The notes under the pieces: generated by a model
Told to the model about the DNA's origin: nothing
What the model saw: only the letters and a program-made list of their open reading frames with translations
Database searches by the model: none
Source: an uncultured virus (IMG/VR IMGVR_UViG_3300044724_003561)
Taxonomy: Duplodnaviria; Heunggongvirae; Uroviricota; Caudoviricetes
Strand: one strand, 5' to 3'
IMG/VR virus record: IMGVR_UViG_3300044724_003561
DNA: 64,000 bases
In this document: positions 30,108-39,390 of the stretch, in pieces
How positions within the stretch are numbered: position 1 is the first letter of the stretch
Layout of the letters: each line of letters opens with the position of its first letter
Position numbers and translations under genes: made by a program

Positions 30108-30912
30108 ATAATACCTCCGCTATTTTTTCTTGCCCTTTTGCGTTAGGGTGTCTATCAAATTCAGATATTCTATATTCGTTAGTTAAAAAATCTTCCATAG
30201 AGTATCCACCTAGTCGGTCATCTGGTGGCCAACCTAAAAATGTATCATTAAATTTATAATTACTTCGTTTAATTGTATTAACAAATTCTTTATTAAGTGT
30301 TTTACGTACATAATCTGTACCTTGTTTATGTAATTCTGCAAATTTTTGAAACTTATATAATCTTGCTTGTATATCACTTTCATTTAGAGATGAATAATCT
30401 ACAGCGTTTATAATTTCCCAAATATGACCTTTAATTAAACTTATCATTTGAAATTGATTATAAAAAAGTGCCTGATCAGCAACTTTTGTTTTATAATGTT
30501 GCATTAAATTTTGAAACGCAAATTGGTATCTTATAGATTTTTTTATCCAATATCGCAAATCACCTTTTGAGTCTGTTCTAATATTTTGCCATCTTGTTAC
30601 ATCATGTTTTATCTCATTTTTAGACTCCGTACCAAACGTAATTGTTTCTTCAAAATCACGTCTTGGTGCTGATGACCAAGCAGCCAAAACATGACCTACT
30701 TTATTAATATCAATTTCTGTTAAATAATCTGATAAAGAACTATAGATATATTCATTTCCCATTCCTGACTTGCAAAGATTAACTGGTTCCATATTCATCA
30801 TCTCTGCTAAAATTTCAGGCCATTTAGGCCAATCAGTATCCATTGTGGGATGTTGTGCTGAAAGAAAATGAGGATCACCCCAACTACAACCACTAACTAT
30901 TAATTTTTTCAT
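30091..30912 (-). CDS. SGNH/GDSL-like hypothetical protein
   Basis: GCSW, GMGNEYI, C-terminal DRHPN; paralog of its neighbour. Confidence 0.55.
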   Translation of the reverse strand: MKKLIVSGCSWGDPHFLSAQHPTMDTDWPKWPEILAEMMNMEPVNLCKSGMGNEYIYSSLSDYLTEIDINKVGHVLAAWSSAPRRDFEETITFGTESKNEIKHDVTRWQNIRTDSKGDLRYWIKKSIRYQFAFQNLMQHYKTKVADQALFYNQFQMISLIKGHIWEIINAVDYSSLNESDIQARLYKFQKFAELHKQGTDYVRKTLNKEFVNTIKRSNYKFNDTFLGWPPDDRLGGYSMEDFLTNEYRISEFDRHPNAKGQEKIAEVLYDRMG

Positions 30913-31594
30913 ATATTATCTCAGCTATTTTTTCTTGTCCTTGTTTATTTGGGTGATTATCTAATTCAGATATGTTATTTTCTTTGTACTCATCTAAATC
31001 ATGTAATCTAAAACCTCCTAATTTTTTTACTGGAGGCCATCCCATAAATTTAGAAGTATCAATTTTAAAATTCTTTATATTTTCTAATATATCTTTTTCG
31101 TCTTTTTCTTTATCTCCTGAATAACTTTGAGCAGTAGGATCATAACCATGTAAGTAGTGTTCATAAATGTCAATAGTTTGAAAATGAAAATATGGTAAAT
31201 TAAATCTCTCACATAAAATTTGAAAATCTAAATAATGTCCTAAAGTCTTATTTACCCAACCTATTAAATTGCCATGCGTATCAATTCTTAATGATGTCCA
31301 AGGTTGATTTTTTCCATATCTTCCTACTTCTAAATCCCTTCTTGTGGCTTGTGACCAAGCAGCGATAACTAAACCAATTTCACTCTTATTTTTTATATCA
31401 ACTACTTTATTTCGTAAAGATGTATAGATATATTCATTACCTGCTCCAGACCTAGCCATGTTAACAACTTCCATTCCTAGTTTTTTTCCTAACAATTCAG
31501 GCCATTTTTTATAACTATTATTCATATCAGGATGAAACATAGATTCAAAGTTTGAATCTGTATTACTATCTCCACTAACTATAAGTTTCTTCAT
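30893..31594 (-). CDS. SGNH/GDSL-like hypothetical protein
   Basis: GDSN, GAGNEYI, DNHPN; paralog of its neighbour. Confidence 0.55.
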   Translation of the reverse strand: MKKLIVSGDSNTDSNFESMFHPDMNNSYKKWPELLGKKLGMEVVNMARSGAGNEYIYTSLRNKVVDIKNKSEIGLVIAAWSQATRRDLEVGRYGKNQPWTSLRIDTHGNLIGWVNKTLGHYLDFQILCERFNLPYFHFQTIDIYEHYLHGYDPTAQSYSGDKEKDEKDILENIKNFKIDTSKFMGWPPVKKLGGFRLHDLDEYKENNISELDNHPNKQGQEKIAEIIYEKINS

Positions 31595-31965
31595 ACTTTA
31601 TTCTTTACTATTGATTTACCTTTTTCATCTAAATGATGTTCTATTTTTATATTATCATCTGGTCTAATTAAACAATGATACAGACAATTTTTAGGCACTT
31701 TACTATGATCGCCTGCCTCACCGTCTTTCATAATTTGTTCAAACTCTCTCCATTCATCTGACAATACTATTTCATCTATGTTTTCTGCCTCACTTACTTT
31801 ACTTACTTTTAACATTTTTTGAAATAATGGTGTGCTTAATGTCCATTCTTGGTCGCACCAACAACAAGGTAATAGATGACCTCTATTACTCATAGCCATT
31901 TGCATTTTGCCGTTCATACATTGAGCAACAAATTTACCTTCTAGTTTATCTTTTTTATCTGACAT
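31591..31965 (-). CDS. Stand-alone SPASM/twitch-like Fe-S domain protein
   Basis: C...GHLLPCCWC...CLYHC pattern. Confidence 0.65.
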   Translation of the reverse strand: MSDKKDKLEGKFVAQCMNGKMQMAMSNRGHLLPCCWCDQEWTLSTPLFQKMLKVSKVSEAENIDEIVLSDEWREFEQIMKDGEAGDHSKVPKNCLYHCLIRPDDNIKIEHHLDEKGKSIVKNKV

Positions 31966-32611
31966 TAGGTCTTACGTATCCTTTATATCCTAAATTGTAT
32001 TCTTTTGATTGAGGTCTTAATGGGTCATCTTCTCCCATCCACCTTGACGAGTGTAACACTATGAACATTAAACCCTCGTCTATTGCCATTTGTTTCGCCT
32101 TTTCTAAATTGTGTTCATTGTAACTAAACACTATAAACTGCCAAGATGGCGTTTGTTTTAAGTGTTTCTTTGCTTCTAACATAACTTCATATAATTTTTT
32201 ACCGTCTTGGTTAACACGATACATGTTACTTTCTTCAGGTAAACCATCTATTGCAAATATCCATTTTGCTTTAGGGTGTGCCTTAAACGCTTGTACGTAC
32301 CAACTTTTAGATTTGGCAGATGAGGCATTATGTACTGTAACTTGTATATCTTTATTATACAGGTACTCTAATATCTCAACAAACTTTGGATGATGTACAG
32401 GATCAGATAACTGACCACAAAAATTAAATGATGAAAAATAATCAGATAACTTTCTTATCTCATCCATTGTAGCATCCCGACCATAAACTTTTCTGCCTTC
32501 AAGTGTAAAGTTTGTCTGCCTTTGACAACGCATACATTCAAGTGGACACCTATTGCTTATGTCAATATTTATTCCTTTCTTTGATCTTCTATAAAATGCT
32601 ATATCACTCAT
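31955..32611 (-). CDS. Radical SAM core-domain protein
   Basis: CPLECMRC, GQLSDP, FAIDG, WQFIVF.YNEH. Confidence 0.88.
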   Translation of the reverse strand: MSDIAFYRRSKKGINIDISNRCPLECMRCQRQTNFTLEGRKVYGRDATMDEIRKLSDYFSSFNFCGQLSDPVHHPKFVEILEYLYNKDIQVTVHNASSAKSKSWYVQAFKAHPKAKWIFAIDGLPEESNMYRVNQDGKKLYEVMLEAKKHLKQTPSWQFIVFSYNEHNLEKAKQMAIDEGLMFIVLHSSRWMGEDDPLRPQSKEYNLGYKGYVRPNVR

Positions 32612-33471
32612 CTTAAATGTTTTAGTAAATTTTCTATTTTATCTTTTTGTTCAGTTAAACATTTTGCAGGTCTTTTCCAATATACAGGTCCACCATCTTT
32701 AATAGATTTATCTCTTAAATAAATCACTTCTTTTCCTAACCATTTACATTCTTGTATAATTCTAGGTGCAGGATCAAAGTTAGGTTTAGTGTAAACATAA
32801 GTGTCAAATAAACCTAATAGATTTTTAACAGGTACGAATACATGATTATGTTTTTGACTTATGTACTTATCTTTATATGCTATGATACCATGTGACGTAT
32901 AATTTTTTATATGTTTTTCTACTTCTCTATAATATGTTTTATTTGTTCCTAAGAATAGATATTTAAATTGTATGTTATCTTCTATAGGTTTGTATATACT
33001 AAAGTTTATTATCTTTTCAAACTGCTCACCTACACCGTTTACATATACCTCATGGTCACATAAGTCAATTACTTCTTCAGGTCCGTAAAATTCTAGTGCG
33101 ATAGGATATTCTTTAATATGATTTTCTGAATATACAGATATAAGTTTACCATTGAACAAACTATGTAATGTTAATTTTTGTTCTTCAGTATATTCATTGT
33201 AATCAAGGTATGCAAGTGTCAACATACTTCTACCCATAATTAAAGTAGTGTCATCTGACCGTGGCATATAGTCATTAAAGACTATATTTTCAAACTTTGT
33301 ATAACACTCATTTATTGCGTCAATGTAATCTTGTATTGTATGTTTTTTGTTGGGTATAACAATGAGTTTGGCACTTATACCTAGGTCGTTGAGAAAACAA
33401 CAATGTTCGTAACTGTAATGAAACAGACCATCACCAGGTTTACTTGTACATACTATATTTACATTTTTCAT
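32608..33471 (-). CDS. Hypothetical protein, possibly glycosyltransferase-related
   Basis: First gene of the leftward operon; C-terminal FDPAPRIIQEC..LGK resembles a GT-B acidic motif (weak). Confidence 0.4.
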   Translation of the reverse strand: MKNVNIVCTSKPGDGLFHYSYEHCCFLNDLGISAKLIVIPNKKHTIQDYIDAINECYTKFENIVFNDYMPRSDDTTLIMGRSMLTLAYLDYNEYTEEQKLTLHSLFNGKLISVYSENHIKEYPIALEFYGPEEVIDLCDHEVYVNGVGEQFEKIINFSIYKPIEDNIQFKYLFLGTNKTYYREVEKHIKNYTSHGIIAYKDKYISQKHNHVFVPVKNLLGLFDTYVYTKPNFDPAPRIIQECKWLGKEVIYLRDKSIKDGGPVYWKRPAKCLTEQKDKIENLLKHLR

Positions 33472-33485
33472 AATATATTATAACA

Positions 33486-33501
33486 TATTTATGTATAAAT
33501 A
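33486..33501. promoter_or_regulatory. Back-to-back late promoter motifs heading both island operons
   Basis: CATAAATA (-) 33493-33486 directly abuts TATAAATA (+) 33494-33501. Confidence 0.75.
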
Positions 33502-33538
33502 TCAATAGAGGGTAGAGTAGAGAATTAAGGAATGAAGC

Positions 33539-35389
33539 TTGAAAAAGGTATATTTTACTCAAATAAACAATCTAATTGCTGACGCTATCTTTTTACCGTT
33601 AAGTGTTGCTTACATATGGGAATATTGTAAGACACAGGTAACAGATTGGGAACTAGGAAACATCTTCTTTGAAAGAGAGTCTGTAGAGGACTATCTAAAA
33701 AAGATAGACAATCCTGACATCTTAGCATTATCAACATACGTGTGGAACTGGGACATAACTTGTCAGTTAGCAAGAGCAGTCAAAAAGAAATATCCTAATT
33801 GCAAAATAGTAATGGGTGGACCACAAGTGCCATTCAAACAAAGTTGGTTAGAAGACAATACTGACCTATGCGATATTATAGTTACATATGCAGGTGAAAG
33901 AGCATTTGCTGAAATACTAAAAGGTAACTATACGTACCCAGGCGTAATGACAAAAGACTCTTATACGCCACCTAAACCAGATAAAGAATTAAACGACATA
34001 CCAAGTCCTTATTTAAGTGGGTTGATGGATAGTCTTATGCAACCTGGTAAACAATATAGTGCTATCATAGAAACTAATAGAGGTTGTCCATATAGTTGTT
34101 CTTTCTGCGATCAACAAGATTTATATTACAATAAGATTGCCATGTTTGATTATGATAGAGTAATAGGTGAGATAGATTGGATTGTAAAAAATAAAATTGA
34201 CTTCTTATACTTTGGTGATAGTAATGTAGGTATGTTCAATAGAGATGTTGACTTTATAAGACACATCGCTAAACGTAGAAATGAAACTGGTTATCCTAGA
34301 CAAATAGATTATAGTACAGCAAAACAACAACCAAAACGTATTGTTGAGTTGGGTGAAATACTCAATAAAGAAGCAAAGATAAGACGTGGTGTTACAATTG
34401 CTTTACAAAGTATGAATCCTAAAACATTAAAAGCAATCAAAAGAATTAATCTTGCAAATGAAAAATTAGAACAAATTGTTGGCGACTATAATAAAGCAGG
34501 CGTTGATAATTATTGTGAACTAATTGTAGGTTTACCTGAAGAAACATTAGAAACATGGATAAAAGGAATAGGTAAGATACTAGAATTAGGAAGTGACCAT
34601 GCGTTGACAGTACACCCTTTGAGTATCGTACCTAATACTCCTTTTTCTGATCCTGAATATAAAAACAAATACGGATACAAATATACAAAGACAGCTGCAC
34701 CTGCAGGTGGTAATACTTATCCTAAAGATAGTAATGGTGAGATTGATTATGTTGCCTATGAAAGTAAAAGTTATAGTAAACAAGATTATATAGACATGTA
34801 TTTTTTCGCTAAAGGTCTTGTGATACCTCATCACTATCATGGCGTTAGTCAAGTTGCAGCCACATATCTAAAACGAGAACATAATGTATCTTTTATAGAT
34901 TTTTATAAAAAATTATTTGAGTATAGTAGAAATGGTAATGGTATACTAAATGAGGAATATAAAAATCACACAAACAGTTTGAAACAAAGTTTATTTGAAG
35001 ATAAGACATGGGGTAGAACAATAGAAGGTGGTGATGATTTTCATATACAAGATAATGGTGCAACGGCTTCTTTCTTGTATAGAAACATAGACAAGGTACA
35101 CAAAGAGGTTATAGACATATGTAAGAAAGAATATAATGTTGATGTATCAGAAGCGTGCCAGTTTAACAAGCACATTATTGACACATATGAAAGAGATGAT
35201 ATAGAAAAACAATTTAACAAAAACTGGTATAGTTGGTTTTATGATAACAAACCACTAATTTCAGTTAACAATATCGTTTCTGTAACCGTTTATAAATATA
35301 AAGATATAGTAGACCACTCAAAGCATTTATTCTGGTGGGGAAGAAAAGCCAAGAGATGTTTTTTGAAATCAAAGGAGATTACGTTATGA
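33539..35389 (+). CDS. Cobalamin-dependent radical SAM enzyme (B12-binding + radical SAM)
   Basis: LPLSVAY, STYVWNW, VMGGP, GE in the B12-binding region; ETNRGCPYSCSFC; TTG start with SD AAGGA. Confidence 0.9.
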   Translation: MKKVYFTQINNLIADAIFLPLSVAYIWEYCKTQVTDWELGNIFFERESVEDYLKKIDNPDILALSTYVWNWDITCQLARAVKKKYPNCKIVMGGPQVPFKQSWLEDNTDLCDIIVTYAGERAFAEILKGNYTYPGVMTKDSYTPPKPDKELNDIPSPYLSGLMDSLMQPGKQYSAIIETNRGCPYSCSFCDQQDLYYNKIAMFDYDRVIGEIDWIVKNKIDFLYFGDSNVGMFNRDVDFIRHIAKRRNETGYPRQIDYSTAKQQPKRIVELGEILNKEAKIRRGVTIALQSMNPKTLKAIKRINLANEKLEQIVGDYNKAGVDNYCELIVGLPEETLETWIKGIGKILELGSDHALTVHPLSIVPNTPFSDPEYKNKYGYKYTKTAAPAGGNTYPKDSNGEIDYVAYESKSYSKQDYIDMYFFAKGLVIPHHYHGVSQVAATYLKREHNVSFIDFYKKLFEYSRNGNGILNEEYKNHTNSLKQSLFEDKTWGRTIEGGDDFHIQDNGATASFLYRNIDKVHKEVIDICKKEYNVDVSEACQFNKHIIDTYERDDIEKQFNKNWYSWFYDNKPLISVNNIVSVTVYKYKDIVDHSKHLFWWGRKAKRCFLKSKEITL

Positions 35390-35970
35390 TAAGAGTTGGC
35401 GATATAATACCAGATGTTAAAACTATGCACAAAGATAGTGTAGCCACAAACTGGTATTCTACACACGAATTATTTAAAGATAAAAAGATATTACTAATAG
35501 GATTGCCTGGTGTATTTCTAGTTGAGTATGCAGCCACACATTTAAAAGCATACGACTTCTATTACAGCAAGATAAAAGAACTAGGTATTGATGAAGTATA
35601 TTTTACAAGTGTTGATAATTGTTACGTACAAAACGCATATCACAAATCAGAAAATTTATCGTACCTAAAAAACTTACCTGACCCTAATGGTGATTGGGCT
35701 ACATCTATAGGTATGTTAGAGAGTATGAGTAAAGAAGGATTAGGAAATTGTAGTCATAGATACGCTATGATTATAGACAATCTAATTATGAAACATTGTA
35801 AGTATGAAGACTTTACACACAATCCTATGACGTGTTTTCAAGTATCAGACGCTGATACAATGATTAAGTATTTAGAAATTATACAAACAAATTATGAAAG
35901 GTTTAATGATGACGCCAGAGATAAGGTTGACGTCCTTGGAAGAAACAAGATCAGCACCGTATTGTCGTGA
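35386..35970 (+). CDS. Peroxiredoxin-5/redoxin-like protein lacking the canonical peroxidatic Cys
   Basis: IRVGDIIPD, GLPG.F, GIDEVY..SV, LPDPNG, RYAMII; the PxxxTxxC position reads PGVFLVEY; start set by SD AAGGAG. Confidence 0.8.
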   Translation: MIRVGDIIPDVKTMHKDSVATNWYSTHELFKDKKILLIGLPGVFLVEYAATHLKAYDFYYSKIKELGIDEVYFTSVDNCYVQNAYHKSENLSYLKNLPDPNGDWATSIGMLESMSKEGLGNCSHRYAMIIDNLIMKHCKYEDFTHNPMTCFQVSDADTMIKYLEIIQTNYERFNDDARDKVDVLGRNKISTVLS

Positions 35971-36550
35971 GCTAAAAACTCTTTGGTATGATAGAGAATA
36001 TTTATTAAATCATTTAGAGAATATAGACGAGAACAATTGGTATCTGTTTGATTGTGGTCACATAAGATGGACTGTACAAGAGGCATTTAACGCTAGACGA
36101 GAATGTAAAAACTATCCTTTTAGTGAGTTTCATTATGAGTTGATAAATCTTTTTACACCTGCAATATCTTTTGATACTGTATTATACACACAAACAGCAG
36201 TAGGTGGTGCACCACCACACCAAGATAGAAACAGACCTGCTGCTTTAAACTTTGCAATACGAGGTGAGTTTAGTGATACAAGTCCACAAGTCTTCTATGA
36301 TAGTTTTGATAGAAGTACAGAAAAGTATAGAATGACATATGAGAAAAATGATATTACAAATGAATTTGCACCTTGGATATTTAAAGGTCCTGAAATACAT
36401 GGTGTAGAAAACAAGACAGAAAAAAATAGAATTATTATAACTTGTGCTTGGCGACATAACAGTTATGAAGATATAGAGAAAAGATTACTAGATGGTACGT
36501 TAGTAAACTGGGAACAAAATGAGAAAAACAAAAGGATAAAATTTATATGA
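35894..36550 (+). CDS. 2OG-Fe(II) oxygenase-like protein
   Basis: PPHQD...ALNF...IHGV...R: HxD...H triad. Confidence 0.7.
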   Translation: MKGLMMTPEIRLTSLEETRSAPYCRELKTLWYDREYLLNHLENIDENNWYLFDCGHIRWTVQEAFNARRECKNYPFSEFHYELINLFTPAISFDTVLYTQTAVGGAPPHQDRNRPAALNFAIRGEFSDTSPQVFYDSFDRSTEKYRMTYEKNDITNEFAPWIFKGPEIHGVENKTEKNRIIITCAWRHNSYEDIEKRLLDGTLVNWEQNEKNKRIKFI

Positions 36551-37200
36551 GTAGTATAGATAGAACAAACAAAGCACTTCAAAGACTATCTACTATGGGT
36601 GACTGGTTGCAAATGAAACAACACATCAATACTAGACAGATAATGAAAGACCTTGAGCCGTACAAAGACTCATGGAAACCTTACAATTTAAGAAACCCAA
36701 ATAACAGGTGGGGTTTAAGTGTAACAAGTTTAGATGGCAAGTTAAGTGGTATACCTGATTTAGATAGTTTACTACAATACAATAAAATACATGGTACTAG
36801 TATTACAAATCATCACATAAAAGAATATACCGAAGTATATGATAACTCAAAAGAATTGCAGAAACTCATTGAACCATGGAAACCTTGGTTGGGAAGATGT
36901 CACTTTCTAAAACTAAACACAGGTGGTTATTTTCCTGAACACTATGATGTAAACAAATTAGAATATGGTTATGATGAAATAAGATTTATTGCTTTCATCA
37001 ACAGGTGTGATAAAAAAGATTTAAAGTTTATATATGAGGATACAGTTAGAGATGTTAAAGATGGCCAGATGTTTTTCTTTAACGCAAATAAAAGACATTC
37101 AGTTTTTAGTACATCGGACGATATTATTATGTTAGTATTTTGTATGAAATTTGATGAACATTTATTTGAAAGATTAATAGAACAATATAGGTATGCGTAA
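36547..37200 (+). CDS. 2OG-Fe(II) oxygenase, Asp/Asn beta-hydroxylase-like
   Basis: GGYFPEHYD...G.MFFFN....HSVF. Confidence 0.75.
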   Translation: MSSIDRTNKALQRLSTMGDWLQMKQHINTRQIMKDLEPYKDSWKPYNLRNPNNRWGLSVTSLDGKLSGIPDLDSLLQYNKIHGTSITNHHIKEYTEVYDNSKELQKLIEPWKPWLGRCHFLKLNTGGYFPEHYDVNKLEYGYDEIRFIAFINRCDKKDLKFIYEDTVRDVKDGQMFFFNANKRHSVFSTSDDIIMLVFCMKFDEHLFERLIEQYRYA

Positions 37201-37733
37201 TGTGGTATCATAAAAAATTTAAATTACAATACGACACTAACGTTTTCAATGAGATAATTGAATATGCTGAAAGAGCAACATGGAGACAAGGGTACGATCA
37301 AAATGGGTTACTTTGGAATGTTGAAGAACTACCTTTAAACCCTAAACAATTTCCTATACTAAATGAATTATATGAAGGTCTTAATACAGAATTTAAAAGA
37401 CCATCATTTTTTATTAGTAATGTGAAACCTGGTGGGTTAGTAAACCATATTGACCACAACAAGTGGGGCAATCTAGGTATACCTTTAAAAGGTGATTTTA
37501 AAAATACACCTCAATACTTCTACGATCAATTCAATCATCCAGTAGAGTCATTTGTAGTTGACAGTCCTGTTATATTCAATACACGTATGTTACACGCTGT
37601 ACCTAGACAGTTAACTGATACAGGACCTAGATGGGTATTGATGATGGATTTATTTGAGTGGGTTGATAAGTTGTTTGCAAAGATTGACAACAAAACTATA
37701 TGGACAGATACAAAGAATTTTAAAAATGCGTAA
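37200..37733 (+). CDS. 2OG-Fe(II) oxygenase-like protein
   Basis: PGG...HID...FNTRMLHAV...R. Confidence 0.72.
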   Translation: MWYHKKFKLQYDTNVFNEIIEYAERATWRQGYDQNGLLWNVEELPLNPKQFPILNELYEGLNTEFKRPSFFISNVKPGGLVNHIDHNKWGNLGIPLKGDFKNTPQYFYDQFNHPVESFVVDSPVIFNTRMLHAVPRQLTDTGPRWVLMMDLFEWVDKLFAKIDNKTIWTDTKNFKNA

Positions 37734-39390
37734 CTTCTATTTCTTACAGATACCTTTAGGTACAGACGCAGCCTATCTACCACAAGCAGTAGGTACGATC
37801 TGGTCTTATTGTAATCAGTTTGAAGAAGTACGAAAGAAATATAAACTTGCAGGTGTATGGTGGAACAAAGAGATTGATATAGTTGAACCTGATTTTATAG
37901 CTGCAAGTTGTTATATGTGGAACTGGAAAATAACATATGACGCATTGAAAGAAATAAAAAAGAAGTATCCTAAATGTAGAATAGTCGTAGGTGGACCTGA
38001 ACCACAATATACATCTGAATGGTGTAAAAAACATCCTGAAATAGACGCTGTGTTAGCATACTATGGTGAAGAAACAATGAGAAGATTACTAGTAGATGAT
38101 GATCTTAACATACCAGGTGTTGTTACAAAAGATTTTAACAATGCAGCTGAGGCAGAATATGCCGACCCTAAAATGATACCTAGTCCCTATCTTAATGGTT
38201 TCTTTGATAGTTTATTAGAAGGCAACACACAAAAAGTCAGAGCAATCTTTGAAGGCAATAGAGGTTGTCCTTATACTTGTTCTTTCTGTGACATAGGCCA
38301 TAAGAAATATACAAAGATACAAATGTTTGAAACAGAAAAATGTTTAAAAGAATTAAAATGGATGTGTGATAGAAATGTAACTGCTATAGATGTAGCAGAT
38401 AGTAACTTTGGTATATTTCCTAGAGATGAAAAACTTGTAGATTTTGTTGTCAGTCAAAAAAAACTAGGTAACTTTAATGGTAGATTTATGCCTACGTGGG
38501 CAAAGACACATGGCGATAAGATAATGAAGTTAGCAAAGAAATTACAAGACGCAAATGTAGATGACACTTTTGGTTTTAGTTTACAATCTACAAATCCTGA
38601 AACTTTAGATAATGTCAATAGAAGAAATGCGTTTGATATTAAGAGTTTCAAACCTATCATAAAAGATTTAAAAGACAAAGGTGTTTCATCATATACAGAA
38701 TTAATCTTTCCTTTACCTGGCGATAGTTTAGAAACATTTAAATATGGTCTACATGAAATAGTTGATATGCCTGCACCATTTGATATGATACAGATTAATA
38801 CTTTAAGTAGATTAAGTAATACAGAATTTAATACAGGTTTTCCTGAAATGATATGGCAAAATATTAAAGGTACTGCAAAGCCATATAACAATGATGTAAT
38901 AGATGAGATTGCTGTTGCAACAGATAAGATGACAAGAGACCAAGTCTTTGAAGGCTTCTTTTATAGTAGAAGTTTCTTAATACCAATGTACTGGTATGGT
39001 CTAGCAAAGTATCATGCTGATTGTTATTATGAAATTAATGGTAATAGAAGTGAATTATTTAAAGACATATATTCAAAACTATTTAAGAATAAAACATTTA
39101 TGAAACACAAACTAGATGTTAGAGAACATTATTTTAAAGCACTTAACGAATACAAAGACATTGGATATAAGATACTTAATAGAGATATAAATTATTATAC
39201 AGATACAGCTTATTCTCACTTGTTCTATACCGAGAATAATATATTTGATGTGTTCAAAGAAATGTATCCAGAATATGATGAGATTATTGATCGCAACAAA
39301 AAAGATTTCAGACCTATTGACGATAAAATGGAATGGCTCAGAGATATACACGTTAGAGGTAGATTTAGTGAGTCTTGGAGAAAAACATGA
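37726..39390 (+). CDS. Cobalamin-dependent radical SAM enzyme, second paralog
   Basis: YLPQAVG, SCYMWNW, VVGGP, EGNRGCPYTCSFC, DSNFG; start set to MRNFYF. Confidence 0.9.
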   Translation: MRNFYFLQIPLGTDAAYLPQAVGTIWSYCNQFEEVRKKYKLAGVWWNKEIDIVEPDFIAASCYMWNWKITYDALKEIKKKYPKCRIVVGGPEPQYTSEWCKKHPEIDAVLAYYGEETMRRLLVDDDLNIPGVVTKDFNNAAEAEYADPKMIPSPYLNGFFDSLLEGNTQKVRAIFEGNRGCPYTCSFCDIGHKKYTKIQMFETEKCLKELKWMCDRNVTAIDVADSNFGIFPRDEKLVDFVVSQKKLGNFNGRFMPTWAKTHGDKIMKLAKKLQDANVDDTFGFSLQSTNPETLDNVNRRNAFDIKSFKPIIKDLKDKGVSSYTELIFPLPGDSLETFKYGLHEIVDMPAPFDMIQINTLSRLSNTEFNTGFPEMIWQNIKGTAKPYNNDVIDEIAVATDKMTRDQVFEGFFYSRSFLIPMYWYGLAKYHADCYYEINGNRSELFKDIYSKLFKNKTFMKHKLDVREHYFKALNEYKDIGYKILNRDINYYTDTAYSHLFYTENNIFDVFKEMYPEYDEIIDRNKKDFRPIDDKMEWLRDIHVRGRFSESWRKT

